Positions 34,753-46,366 of a DNA stretch of 64,000 nucleotides are shown here, in pieces. A program made the translations under genes and the position numbers. This DNA comes from Schizochytrium sp. TIO01 (lineage: Eukaryota; Protista; Bigyra: Labyrinthulomycetes): positions 3,014,436 to 3,078,435 of the forward strand of contig SMSO01000031.1 in the NCBI GenBank assembly GCA_004764695.1. Direction: 5' to 3'. Numbering within the stretch: the stretch's first letter is position 1; every line of letters starts with the position of its first letter. The notes below the pieces were generated by a model. It was not told where the DNA came from and did not search any database. It saw nothing but the letters and a program-made list of their open reading frames with translations.

Positions 34753-34873
34753 ACAGCGGTGATGATGCCGCCCACGCACGCCAGGAGCCCTGCCAGCTCT
34801 GGAGTGGATGCTACAAACCGCTACTTCGATCAATCACTCATTCATTCATTCATTCATTCATTCATTCATTCAT
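34686..34873 (+). repeat. Compound tetranucleotide microsatellites (CAGA)n-(CTGA)n-(CAGG)n and (TCAT)n
   Basis: Directly visible. Confidence 0.95.
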
Positions 34874-35671
34874 TTGCAGCGCAGGTTTTTCCCTTTTCAG
34901 ACAAGCACACCCAAACATTAAAATACGTGTCCGAAATGCCTTCGGGTCCTTCTCGTGAACGAATTGCGATCAATTACTGCGATGCAGTCAGGACCTTCGC
35001 GCCGCTTTCCTCCGCACGCCCGCCGAGGCCTCTGCTGCCTCGCGAAGGGCCCTCCCGAGCCCAAAGGGCGTCGCCGCTGCCCCGACCGGCGGCCTCGCGG
35101 CCTTCCTCTGCTGCCTCGAAGTGGTGGCGATCGATGATTCTTGTGCCTGATTTGCAGGTTTGTCGCCGCCGTCGGTGCGCGATACTTCTACCCTGCACCC
35201 CCATCGGAGGCACATTCTCGGTGAGTGGTCAGACAGCACAAAAACAGGGGGGTAGCGTGGGACATGGGCCATGACGCCGCCGCCAAGGACACGCCATCCA
35301 CTCCCTGGATCCTGCCTCCCTCCCTCTCGCTCTGCCGCCGCACACGCACGCACGACAGGGCAGGGCAGCCAAGGAGGCAGGCATGCAGCCAAGGAGGCAG
35401 GCGGCCAGGCCTGCCTTTGGAGGGCACCGCCGCAGAAGGGATCGGGATGATGGGAATCAATCAATCGATCGATCGATCGATTGATCGTCGAAAATGGCGA
35501 TTTGTTATTTATTTATTTATTTATTATGCGTCGGTACTTTTTATTTATAAAAGTTATTTTAGTTAAAAAAGTGAAAAGATGGTGTTTGATTGCTTTTTAA
35601 TTGTAAGGAAACATCGCCGTCATGATACTGCTTTTGAAATGGATATTCTTTTGCTGTCTGTTTGGATTCTA

Positions 35672-35796
35672 AATTTTAAATTTTGACTTTTGACTTTTGA
35701 CTTTTGAATTTTGAATTTTGAATTTTGAATTTGTTTTCAAGTTTTTTGTTGTTTTATTGTTTGAATTAAAATAAAATAAAATAAAATAAAATAAAT
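35672..35796 (+). repeat. (TTTTGAC/TTTTGAA)n heptamer array followed by (TAAAA)n
   Basis: Directly visible. Confidence 0.9.
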
Positions 35797-38700
35797 TTAA
35801 ATGTTGAAAAGGAATGATGGTGCATTCATTCACAGCAAGCGCAGCAGATCTAAACTTAGTCCAAATCCAAGCCGAAGGGCGAGCGGCCCTGGCGTAAGCT
35901 GGCAGAGGCCGCTGCTCTTCCCTTCACGGCCACTACTCTTGACCATGGATGCTCCAGTTTTCATCTTCGAGTGCTGCTGCCGCCTCTGCACATGAGCTGC
36001 CGCTGCTGCTGCTGATGATGATGATGCTGAAGCGAGCGATATCAATGACGATGACGACGATTCCATTACGTTATATTACACCATATAGACTATCCTCCCT
36101 AGGAGCTTCCTACAGTTTAAACTAGAGGGAGACAGAGAGCTAGCTTCCTTCCTCTGTGGCGCGATCATTGACCGAGCCACAAACTGCTACGCTGCGCATC
36201 ATCATCAATCACAACAGCATCAGCGTCGGGTTCATCGCGTGGCGATCTACGGGATCTATCGCAATACGAGCACGCATCAGCATGGCCACCACGCACATCT
36301 GCATCTTATGACTCACCTGCCAGGAGGACCATCGCGAGCTTGAATCTGAAAATGAATGCCACGCACAGCAGAATATCTATCGCTGATCGAAAAGGAACGA
36401 GTCACGAGCATCCTCGATTGTACCTACATAAAGAGAGTTGCCGAAGTCAACTTAAGATTCAACTCATCCTTTAAGATGAGAGAGGACCAACTTAGAGAAC
36501 TCGAGTCGCTCGCTCCGTTTCTATGATCATAATGGAGAGATTGATTATTGATTGATCTATATTCGTTTGCGGGTCATCCTCAGCACTTTTGATGGATTTG
36601 CGATGGCTTGATATGTTCATGATTCAATATCGCAATATAGCACATATTCGCTGACCTAAGCTGGCGCCGGACGGAGTCTCTGAAAACAGCTGCTTACTCA
36701 TCATATCCAGTGAGCTAGCTAGGTAGCTCCTAAAGTGGAGCTCTCCAAGAGCGCCCCGTTGCCCTCAAGTCGGTTCTCAGCTGCGATCGAAGTACCTTCT
36801 CCTGCCGCTGCGGAAGACGACGACGGAGAGGAACCATCAAATGATGATGATTCATGATGGCAAGAGTGGATGACGCATCTCCTAGCTAGCTACTAGGCAC
36901 CTCTACCCCGTCTGTTACAAATTATACCCATCAGAAACTAAGTCTAAGGAAAGAAGGCTTGCACATCTGCCACAGACAGCACTATAGGTGATATAGGTTT
37001 TTGAATAGGAGTTCTTTGCCACTGCGCGGATTCGTTCTGCGAGGCCCAATGGAGGAGGATAATGGATGCCTGAAGAGTGATCTGGAGCGCAGGAGGAGGA
37101 TGTGCCTCTTCAACTAGCTAGCTAGCTTGCTAGCTGTAGCTAGCTATCTGGTCTGCGGACTTGGGAGACGCAGCGGCTGCGGCGGTTTGCATTTGCGTCG
37201 CTGCCCCCATTCACAAAAACATCTCTCTTTCTCTTTTTCACTCTTTCTTCCTTTGATTTTATTGTAATGGTACCTACGTTTTATTTGTTGGTGTAGGCAT
37301 ATTTATGTGTAATACGTAGAGTGTATACATATGTTTTATTTTTTTAATAATGAATATGGACTCTGAACGAAAGAGAAATTTTGAACTGCCGGGATCCGCA
37401 GAACTGAGGTCAGCCTGACCAACACCAAGACCTCATATCTACGTCGCTAGTCTCAGGAAAGCTCGAAATGCGGCGCTCGGCAAAGGCAAAGTGCTCCACA
37501 GAGGACGCAATGAGACGAAGGTGTCGCCCAAAGCCTGATTATCGAGGGCTTTCGATGAAGCCGCTCGCACAATAACTCACTTACCTAGGCATATATTATT
37601 ATGCGATGCAGTCCTTCTTTCTCCCCATCTTGGTTTTGTTCTCTTTTCTTTTTCAATTGATCAAAATGAGAATGGATGAAAGTGCCTTTTCTAGCTAGTG
37701 CTATTACAATCTTTTACATGACATATATATTTATTTCTTTTAAATTTATCAGAAATTGAATATGTGAAAACAAAGTACATACGGTTTGAAGGGAACATCA
37801 TATGATTCCAGAGGGAGTGAGAGACCCTCGGTCCTTTGGCGATGCAAAAGAAGTAAACTGCTTCTGCTGCTACGTCGGCAAGAGCGGAGGTCTCGAGAGG
37901 TGCTTACACACCTGCCTAATGCGCTCAGTGTGTACTCACCACCTTGCTTGTGCCATTATTGCAGGCAACCTTGGTAACGCGATTCATGCATTGATTCATG
38001 CTACTTGTCGCGCAGTAGCACCATTGGAATTTAGCGATAGTAGGGTACCTACAAGCACACTAGCACTGCTTAGGCGAATGCAAATCTGTATTGCTTTCTC
38101 TTAAGGCTTATTGAAGTCAGGTCGTCATGGTTTTTGGCTAATTGTAGATTGAGATTAACTCGTTACAGCGAGACTGAGGGTCATATCTAAGTGCCACGCT
38201 GCTCTTGCCTACTATGTTGTATAACAATCAGGGCTTTTTAGGCAAACCTACATCTTTAAATTAAGACTATTGTAGTTCTTGAAAACAGATGGATTGCGAA
38301 CAGTCTCGTTGGACCAATTTCTATTACGCTGCAGCGCAGAGACCAAGAAGGTTTTGGGAGAAATAAAATGCTGCAAGATTATTAGAGAGGATCTCTTAGT
38401 TGTGGAAAGGCCTGTGAGGATTCGCCCAGTTCATCTAAACTTGCCCCATTTTCTCTTGCGAGTTTTAAGATACACTGTCAGTACCCTTGACTATGATAAT
38501 TTACCCCTGAAGTTCAAAAGTTTGCGCGTTTTTCATTATGCGTACTCAACTGTTTTATATTTCGGGTTTTACTCTGATCAGAATTTACGTAATAATTCTA
38601 AATCTCGCCATGACCTTTGTGCAGGTTTCTGTTGAACTATCATGCTTCTCACTGTCGACTTATTTGACCACCGTTTGCAGCACCCCTTCTCCCTTAAGCT

Positions 38701-40831
38701 CTATCTTGAGCGACTACCTTCATGGCAGCTCAACATAGTTAACTATATTATGACCATCTGGCAGAGAGGGATCGTGCTCTGCATCGTTGGAACCTTTAGA
38801 ACGATGGTTCCCCCGAAAAAGAAAAATAATTTTGAAAATAATAATAATAATAAATTGTAGTTTATCCTTTTTGAGAAATGTTTTGTTTTGTTTTGTTTTT
38901 CAATCAAAAACTTTCTCTTACTGTTTATCTTTATAACAGGCAACAGTAACAACAACAATAACATCCATAATAAAACTCATGATGTTTATAATATAGGTAC
39001 TAACTAGTATGGGAATGTAGATTGTTTAAGAGAACAAGGGAATTTGAGTTGGAATCGAATCGGTGTTGGAATTGGAATTAGGAATTGGAATTGGGACCCC
39101 GCCGTGAAGAGGCCCTGGGAAGAGGATCAGGATGACGCTGCTGCTCCAAGTCACAAAAAAGCAATGTGCCCGCCCTCTGCCTTCTCCCTGTTCATGCGCC
39201 GAGTCTTCCTGTTGACCCTCGCCTGCACAGTCTCAACATATGCTATTGCAATCGATAAGATGAAGCGAGCAAGAAAGGAATACAAGCAGGAAAGAAAAAG
39301 AGAATCGGCGTTGCTGTCTTTGGTAAATGAGTAAGTCAAGATGGCCTTACAATGATAGAGCAGAACTCTTCACGTAAATATTAGCAAAGAGTTGAGTCTT
39401 AAAACTAACGTAAATTTATGGCCAAGAAATTATTACACGATAGCAATTACGATCTCTAATAGCAAGGAGGTAAAAAATCAGATACAAGATAGACTTGAGG
39501 ATAACTAAGATCATAAAACAACCCTAGTTGTGTTCTTCTTCTTCAAGCATTTCCTTCTTCTTCAAGCACTTCTTGAAGAAGAAGGTGTACATGGTAGCAG
39601 AGGTCTTACGCAAGGACTAATCAGATGATCAGGAGATATGCTTCTCATATCTGTGGCCGGAAAAAGGCGGTTTGTTGATCTAAAGGGGAGGACTCGGGAC
39701 CTCTGGGTATTATGCAAATGCATTTTGTGATTATGCTGCAATGTGGCATAGGAGGTAAAGCTCGCTGCGCGACAAGCCAACCAGCTCAGATCTGCGCGTC
39801 GCCTGGTGCTACCCAGTGAGCTGAGAGGCACTAGGAGAACGATCCTTTGGTGCATACAAATTGTTTCTTCTGTTTCATGAAGTGTTACCCCATTTAAACT
39901 TTTATCTTTTTAAAGCTATCCTTCCGCTGCATGCAAACTAGTTCGTATAGATTGCTTGTTAGTGAAGGATCTATAGTACAAATTGCCAGGACCTGTTCTA
40001 GAGATTTCTAGATCAAAGTAATTGAAGGTTTATCAATGTCGTGATTGTGATTGTGCTGATGACGGAAAAGAGGACCAGCCAGGTCTGTACCAGAAAGTGA
40101 ACGACTCTCAACGCCCCTTTGGAAGCCTTCATTAGGAATGATTAAGTGTCAGTTCTATTTAATAAACAAAGATTAGTCAACTAGATTTTTTTTAAGCGGG
40201 CAAATTTTGCGTCTGACAATTTTTCTTCCGTAGAAGGGGCAGGCGTTCATTTTAGCAGGATCTTGGGCATCCTTCAAGTTAGACTGGTTCTCACCTTAAA
40301 ACGACCTAGAAATTTACCATAGGTTTGGAGGCCATTTGTTCTAGTCGAATGTTTATACTATTCAAAGCTACGACATTGTACGACTAAATAAGGCTGTGAT
40401 CCACCATATCATAAGACAAAACGGGTAAAAGTATGCAAAGAGATACAATTGTGCATGAAATGTTGGGCATAATAAGTTGTAAAAGACATGCTTGTGATTC
40501 TTATTCCTAACACTTAGCACAATAAGTTGCCTCTTTGTTCTCCAATTTAAGTGGTGTTCCTATGTAACTAATTATTCATTATGGAAAAAAAATAAAGATG
40601 AAGCCAGTAACCTAATAGTAGAGAAACCCAACCGAAGAGGAAAGGGTTTTTCCACACTCAGCAATTACAGCTCAACGTAGACTATATTGCAAATCTGTTT
40701 AAGAATCGAGAAGATAATTGCACCTCTGCACAACCAAGTTAGGTGATCAGAATCTGTGTCGCACTAACGCGCCAGATTTACGAAAAGATAACTCCACATT
40801 GTCTATATGACGTTAGAAAGGCTTGAAAGAA

Positions 40832-43049
40832 TCACGCAGTGGTCTTATCATTGCAAAGCATGTTCTTAGAGTAATTGAATAGACAATTCTCACTATCGCA
40901 TACTTCAAGAAGACTTTTTTCTAGTTCGCCATGCTTAGGTTTAGTTTTCCAAGCTCGAATAGACTTGTTTGAGAGGTCAACCCACTTCAAAGGCGATGAC
41001 ATGAAAAGGCAGCGGATGCGCCGCTTCGAAAGTTCGTCTTCATTTTTGTCAACAGACTGAGAATATGGATAAAAGAGCTGAACTGGCTCGTACAAGTTAG
41101 CGTCCTTACCCTCTTGTTTCACAGCGTGCTGGGATGGAGACATTGTTGCTGAAGATTTAACATCGGAATATGTATCGACAACAGGTTTCATCTCTTTAAT
41201 GAATACCTCTAAGAGCTCTATTGCCCACTTTGACAAAGGCATTCTAGCCTCAGAGTGGTCTTGCTTCGCCTCGTAAGCAAAGAACTTGGACACATCGTCA
41301 ACAAAGTCTGCTGCTGTAGTGTATTCACGCTTCGAGAGTTTTGCGTTAATCAACATTAAGTCGATAGGGGCGTCATCAGCACGGCTGGCCTTGCGCTTTG
41401 AGAGTGCAATAAAAGGCAAACAGGCAGGCAATCTTTTGAATGATTTCCACACCTTCTTACATGCAGAGTGCATAGCAGTACTTGGGTCTTCCACGACACT
41501 TAATGCACCAGCACCTCCACGGCCTGAGCGTCGTCTCTTTTTCGGCACCATCATTAGCACCAACACTCTCCTCTGCGAGGATATCTTTCCTTCGTGCCCA
41601 ACCCATCTCGCTACTCAGAAGTAGACCATCTTCACTTTCAAGATCTAGCCACTCGCCACCTTCTGTGTCGAGAGTTGTAGGGTCAGAGTTGCCCTTGGGC
41701 TCCCACGCGACAAGGTGTACGTGATGCTTTTCATTGAATTTAACGATGCGACCAAGACGAACATGTTTGCCCTGTAAGGCAGCAATTTTACGTCCAATCA
41801 ACGGATCAACACGAGCGGTGCTTTGATCTTCGGCTGGAAGATGAGAATGAAGACACTTTGCATTCTTAGGATTCCACCACATCTGACCTATCTGTGCAAT
41901 AACACCAATATTTGTAGGATCATTATGCAAGCTATGTTTCACCCGATTACTGCGAATCACATCACGCATATGCACTTTGAGTGCTCCATAAACCGTAGTC
42001 TCACTGCCAGCGTAAAGATGGGTTACATGTGTGTGCGCGAGGTCTTCTGCAAACTGCTCCCAACCTGCTCGGCTAATTTGAAAGTTCTCGCCAACGTTCA
42101 GTGCCCATATACGTCCGTTGACACGCAAAACTTCAGTGAGACGTTGAAGAACCTCGTCATCCATACCTTCTTCCATGTTTTGGATGTAAAGAGCTTGAAC
42201 TACCGTGTTTGCTTCCAAAGCGTCGAGAACTTCGAGTAGAACCTGCTTGTTAGAGTCGGCATCAATGTGATTCTTAAGACGTAAGACCTCAACCGATTTG
42301 TCATTTGGGTCACTCTTCCACAAGCAAGCCAAAAGTTTGGTGACACGGCTTGACGTCAGTTGTTGCTTGCCATTACAACGATAGCTTCGGCGAACATAAG
42401 CAGAAGGTTCGATTGTGTTTGACCGCAATACATTGACTGATGGCCCTGATAAGGAAGTTGCGTCAGCAGTATCACTCAAATCATTCGAATTGCTTTCCTT
42501 AGCCTCGCCATTACGTCCTAGAGAGGCCCGAGTAGCTTCAGCGATCAACGCTTTCTCACCGGTCGGATCATATTCAGTCACGCTTTTAAGCGGAACCTTC
42601 CTATCACGACCGCCAAGTATGAATTTGATATCCAGTGTTTGTCCATCCTCAGAAATTTTCATGACAATGCCTGGTCCATGCAAGGGGTCACGTCCCTTCA
42701 CCTCTCGTGGGAGCACAAGAACTTTGTCTTTAACCTCGACTTCCATTGGTGGACTTTCAACATTGTTTGCAGACTTCTGTTCTGAAGACTCCAAATTTGC
42801 ATTGACCCCCTTTCCATCATCTTCAGTAGAAACTGGCGATGCTGTAAGTGAATCAACGTTGACATCAGTCGCTTCAGATTCACCTGCAACATCGTGAGGT
42901 GCGGCTGCACGCTTGCGACTCTCCATTTCATTGCGTAGCATCAGCGGAGAGAACTTCAAGTCCTCTTCTCTGATCTCCAATGAAAATGTACGCGACACTT
43001 TCTTGGCCAGTGCAGGTGCCGCTGAAGGGGTTTTGCGTTTGATAGGCAT
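40832..43049 (-). CDS. Putative chromatin-reader protein (Tudor-like, RNI-like LRR, Tudor, PWWP-like, bromodomain-like), split over two frames near 41540
   Basis: ORF 43049-41457 has LRR-like 'LEVLDALEANTVVQALYIQN...IWALNVGENF' and Tudor-like 'LIGRKI...GRIVKFNEKHHVHLVAWE...EWLDL'. Overlapping ORF 41566-40832 has bromodomain-like 'PIDLMLINAKL...EYTTAADFVDDV'. Confidence 0.7.
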
Positions 43050-44497
43050 TCTTACCCTTGATTTTCTTATGCAGCCCAAAATTTGAAATTATGCCAGACC
43101 AGGAAAGATCCACAAGCCCACAAACACGCACTCCAGCGTTAAAAAAGGCTCAGCCAAATCTTGCAAAAGCCTACTTTCCCAAACTAACGATTGGTTCAAA
43201 CTATGGTGAGTTAGTTCACTCAATGAATGCACTAAATGTATTTAACTCAATAAGGTTCGCAACCTAACTACTGGATCTCCGGAGACTTAAATATTACTCA
43301 AACACGATATAAAGCAGTGTAAACTCTCACAAACAATGCAAAAGCACCGCGTCGAAGTCGAAAGTAATATTTAAGGTCGACTGTGAGAGTGTTCGAGCTC
43401 CTTGCAGAGGTTGTACTTTTAAGGCAGCTAGCTGTCGAGAGCGCTCTCCCAGTGCTCTCACGAGCCCTCAAGCCAATCTCGCGCTAGCTAACGAGAGAGG
43501 CAGCTGTGTCGCTCAGGGGGAAGGGGAAGAGGCTGACGCAAGCTACTTGCAGGGTCCTCTGCGTGAACACCTGAGACGCTCCGGAGCCGTCGCAAGGACG
43601 ACAACGGACGGCGGACGCTAGTTTCGGGCTTGCTCACGCCTGCTTCTCTCACTCTTTACTTTTCCTTTTACAATACCTACTTACGTACGAGTACCTACTT
43701 CTTTCTAGTCCTTTACTGTTATATTACAATGTATAACTTCCATCCTCTTTCCTTGAGAAGAGGAAAGAGAAAGAATGTCAAATAGAAAAGTGGGTTGCGC
43801 TAGTTACGCAAATGTTCCATGATAGTTCTTATAAAGCCGTTGTTCGAGTAGACGTGTGTACTGTAGTGAAAAGGGAACTGGTTGAAACGCTGTGGAGGGG
43901 AGACAGCCTCTTACGTTCTCGTAGTAAATGAGGGAGAAAGGGAATGATAGTTTCCCATGTCATGTGCCTTAGTCTAAATTCTTTTTTAACAGTATTGCTA
44001 AATGAAGAATAAAGATTTGGGAAGGAACGATCCGTTCACAAAAGAAGAAGTGATTCATTAAGAAGTGCCTATAGCGTTATAAGGTTCGCGTGGCAGCAGA
44101 GAGGTAAATCAGGGAAAAGAAGAGAGAGTACTGACGCGTGTTTTCTAAGATACCACGCTGTAGAGAGCTAGGAGCGAGCGGTCACAATTTATCGATTTAC
44201 ATTGTTTGATGTCTCCGGTACACACTCCGCATCTTTTGACATAGGCTCGGTTCATGTATATGTAAAGAGACTAAGGAAGGCAAAGACTGTAGTGTCAATC
44301 GTAAATAGAAGTTAATTCTGGCACGTTGAGGACTTTTGTTGTTGCAACTGCAGCATTTCAAACAACGCTCCTCGTTGGGTGACGTGGTCTTGCTAGATAT
44401 TGCACAGTACACGAACTCTGGAACAGCCACCTTATTTGCGAGAGGACTGTGAAGGCCTCTCTTCATACGAAAGGCGTACGCAGCCTGTGTAGACACC

Positions 44498-46366
44498 ATG
44501 GCAACGACTGATTTCGCACAGTGGGTAGCCGGTCTTGAGGCTAAGCGTGCTGCCAAGGCTGCTGGATCTGCCGGTCTCGATCAACTCTCCGGACGAGAAG
44601 ATGAGAGAGGTGAAGAAAATTCTGGAGAAGATATGGCTGCATTGACAAGCGCTATGAAAAACCAACTTGGTGAGCGAACAGCAGAAGAAAATCTCAAAGA
44701 GCTACAGCAAGAAATGAAACTATTGCGCTGGCATAAGCTTGCGAATGAAGCTGCTCTCAAAGCTGCCATCATTAAAACGAAAAGGTTGAGGAATAAAGAA
44801 GCGACGTCCACTGGAGCAACACGACAACTTGAAAAAGCTGCATGGATGCAACAAGTGATTCAGGAAGAGCAGGGTAAGCCTCTCGAAGTCACGGAGGACT
44901 TTATTCGTGACTACCAAGCCAAAGAGGCTATTGATGATCACCGTGTCGAAAAGGATATGAAAAGACACATGACAAATCTCAAGCGTGTGAAAGATAATTT
45001 TGAGCAACGTGCAGATCTTTACCAGCGAAACCAGGCCTACAAAGAGAAAAAACAGCTTTTAGATAAAAAAGCTCAAGCAGTGTCTGAACGCAAGTCTTTG
45101 CCTCCTATAGCTGGTCTCCTTCCCAGCAATGAACCCTCTACATCAGTTGCAGATTTATCAATGACAAGTGATTCTCGAGCGGGTGGGCCTTTAGAGTCAG
45201 GCTCCAAGAATATGGCCAAAGTGGTTAACTCTCTCGATCGACTTGTGGAGCTTGAGAAGAGAATTAGTCTACTAGAGCGAGATAATGACCAGGAGGTAGC
45301 GGTGGCAAGCCGCAAGAAGGTTGTGTTTGCAAAACAGCGCATTGCTGCAAATGCCACAGAGCCAGCTCGTACAAAGTATCATGTGCGGGTTAATCGACGG
45401 GTAACGCGCGAGCAACCAGAGCATTCACAAGAGGGGGCGTTCATGACTTCTCTGCCTGCAATTAACAAACCATCTGGACCTCCCTCCAATCTACGTAAAC
45501 CGAATTCGCAACTTGTACAATACCAGGGTAAGAATACACCATCTCGTGGTGCTGTGGGGAGCACACGAACGGAGCAAACTTCACGCGTGCGAGGACGTTT
45601 GCATGGGGCAAAACAACAGGATGCTGTAGTTTCAAGATGGCTTCAAAGTAAAAGTTCTGCATCGGGCTCTAAAGCGTTGCAATCATCAGGAGCAGCATCA
45701 AGGTCACGTCAGGCAAGATCAACGTCGCGAACTAGGTCAACATCACGCGCTAGATCAACATCACGTTCAACACGCTCCAACTCGATCGCATCTCGAACCC
45801 AAACCACATCAAGAGCTTTGGTCACTAAAACATCAGGCCCTCAGAAAATTCAAGCTGCAAAGGACCGAATGAAGGAATTTCGTGACGTGCGTAAGCAATA
45901 TGATAAGAAGAGAGACCAAATGATGCGTAATTTGCATGGGAAAAGTGATGGCAGTGTTCGTCGCCCAACAGTTATCCGAAAAACCGGCAAGCATAGAGGT
46001 ACCACTGGGGCCACTTCAACTTCTAAACCATCGCGTGGGATGGTGGTGCGTAGTGTAACACGTGGAAATGCTCGACTCGCGGATGTCAACCCACACAAGT
46101 CCATCATAGCAAATCCGAGTTCTACTCGAACAAAGAAGAAGGCTCTGGCTGGTCGTAACAGTGCTGCCGTGCGAGCGACAACCTCTCGTCAACGTACAAC
46201 TGCATCTTCATCTTCATCTTCATCAAGAAGACGTAGTAACTCCATTTCACGTAAGTCTGCAAATGGTGATCGGCCTATATCCAAGAGAACAACTGGTGAA
46301 CCGAAAATGCCGCAACTTGGACTTGGGCTTGGAGTCGTTGGTATGTCTGCCAGCAATGGCCATTAA
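44498..46366 (+). CDS. Hypothetical protein: N-terminal coiled coils and a long basic S/R/T-rich disordered tail
   Basis: 622-aa ATG ORF; heptads such as 'VVNSLDRLVELEKRISLLE'; (R-S-T-S-R-x)n repeats near 45700-45790. Confidence 0.8.
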   Translation: MATTDFAQWVAGLEAKRAAKAAGSAGLDQLSGREDERGEENSGEDMAALTSAMKNQLGERTAEENLKELQQEMKLLRWHKLANEAALKAAIIKTKRLRNKEATSTGATRQLEKAAWMQQVIQEEQGKPLEVTEDFIRDYQAKEAIDDHRVEKDMKRHMTNLKRVKDNFEQRADLYQRNQAYKEKKQLLDKKAQAVSERKSLPPIAGLLPSNEPSTSVADLSMTSDSRAGGPLESGSKNMAKVVNSLDRLVELEKRISLLERDNDQEVAVASRKKVVFAKQRIAANATEPARTKYHVRVNRRVTREQPEHSQEGAFMTSLPAINKPSGPPSNLRKPNSQLVQYQGKNTPSRGAVGSTRTEQTSRVRGRLHGAKQQDAVVSRWLQSKSSASGSKALQSSGAASRSRQARSTSRTRSTSRARSTSRSTRSNSIASRTQTTSRALVTKTSGPQKIQAAKDRMKEFRDVRKQYDKKRDQMMRNLHGKSDGSVRRPTVIRKTGKHRGTTGATSTSKPSRGMVVRSVTRGNARLADVNPHKSIIANPSSTRTKKKALAGRNSAAVRATTSRQRTTASSSSSSSRRRSNSISRKSANGDRPISKRTTGEPKMPQLGLGLGVVGMSASNGH

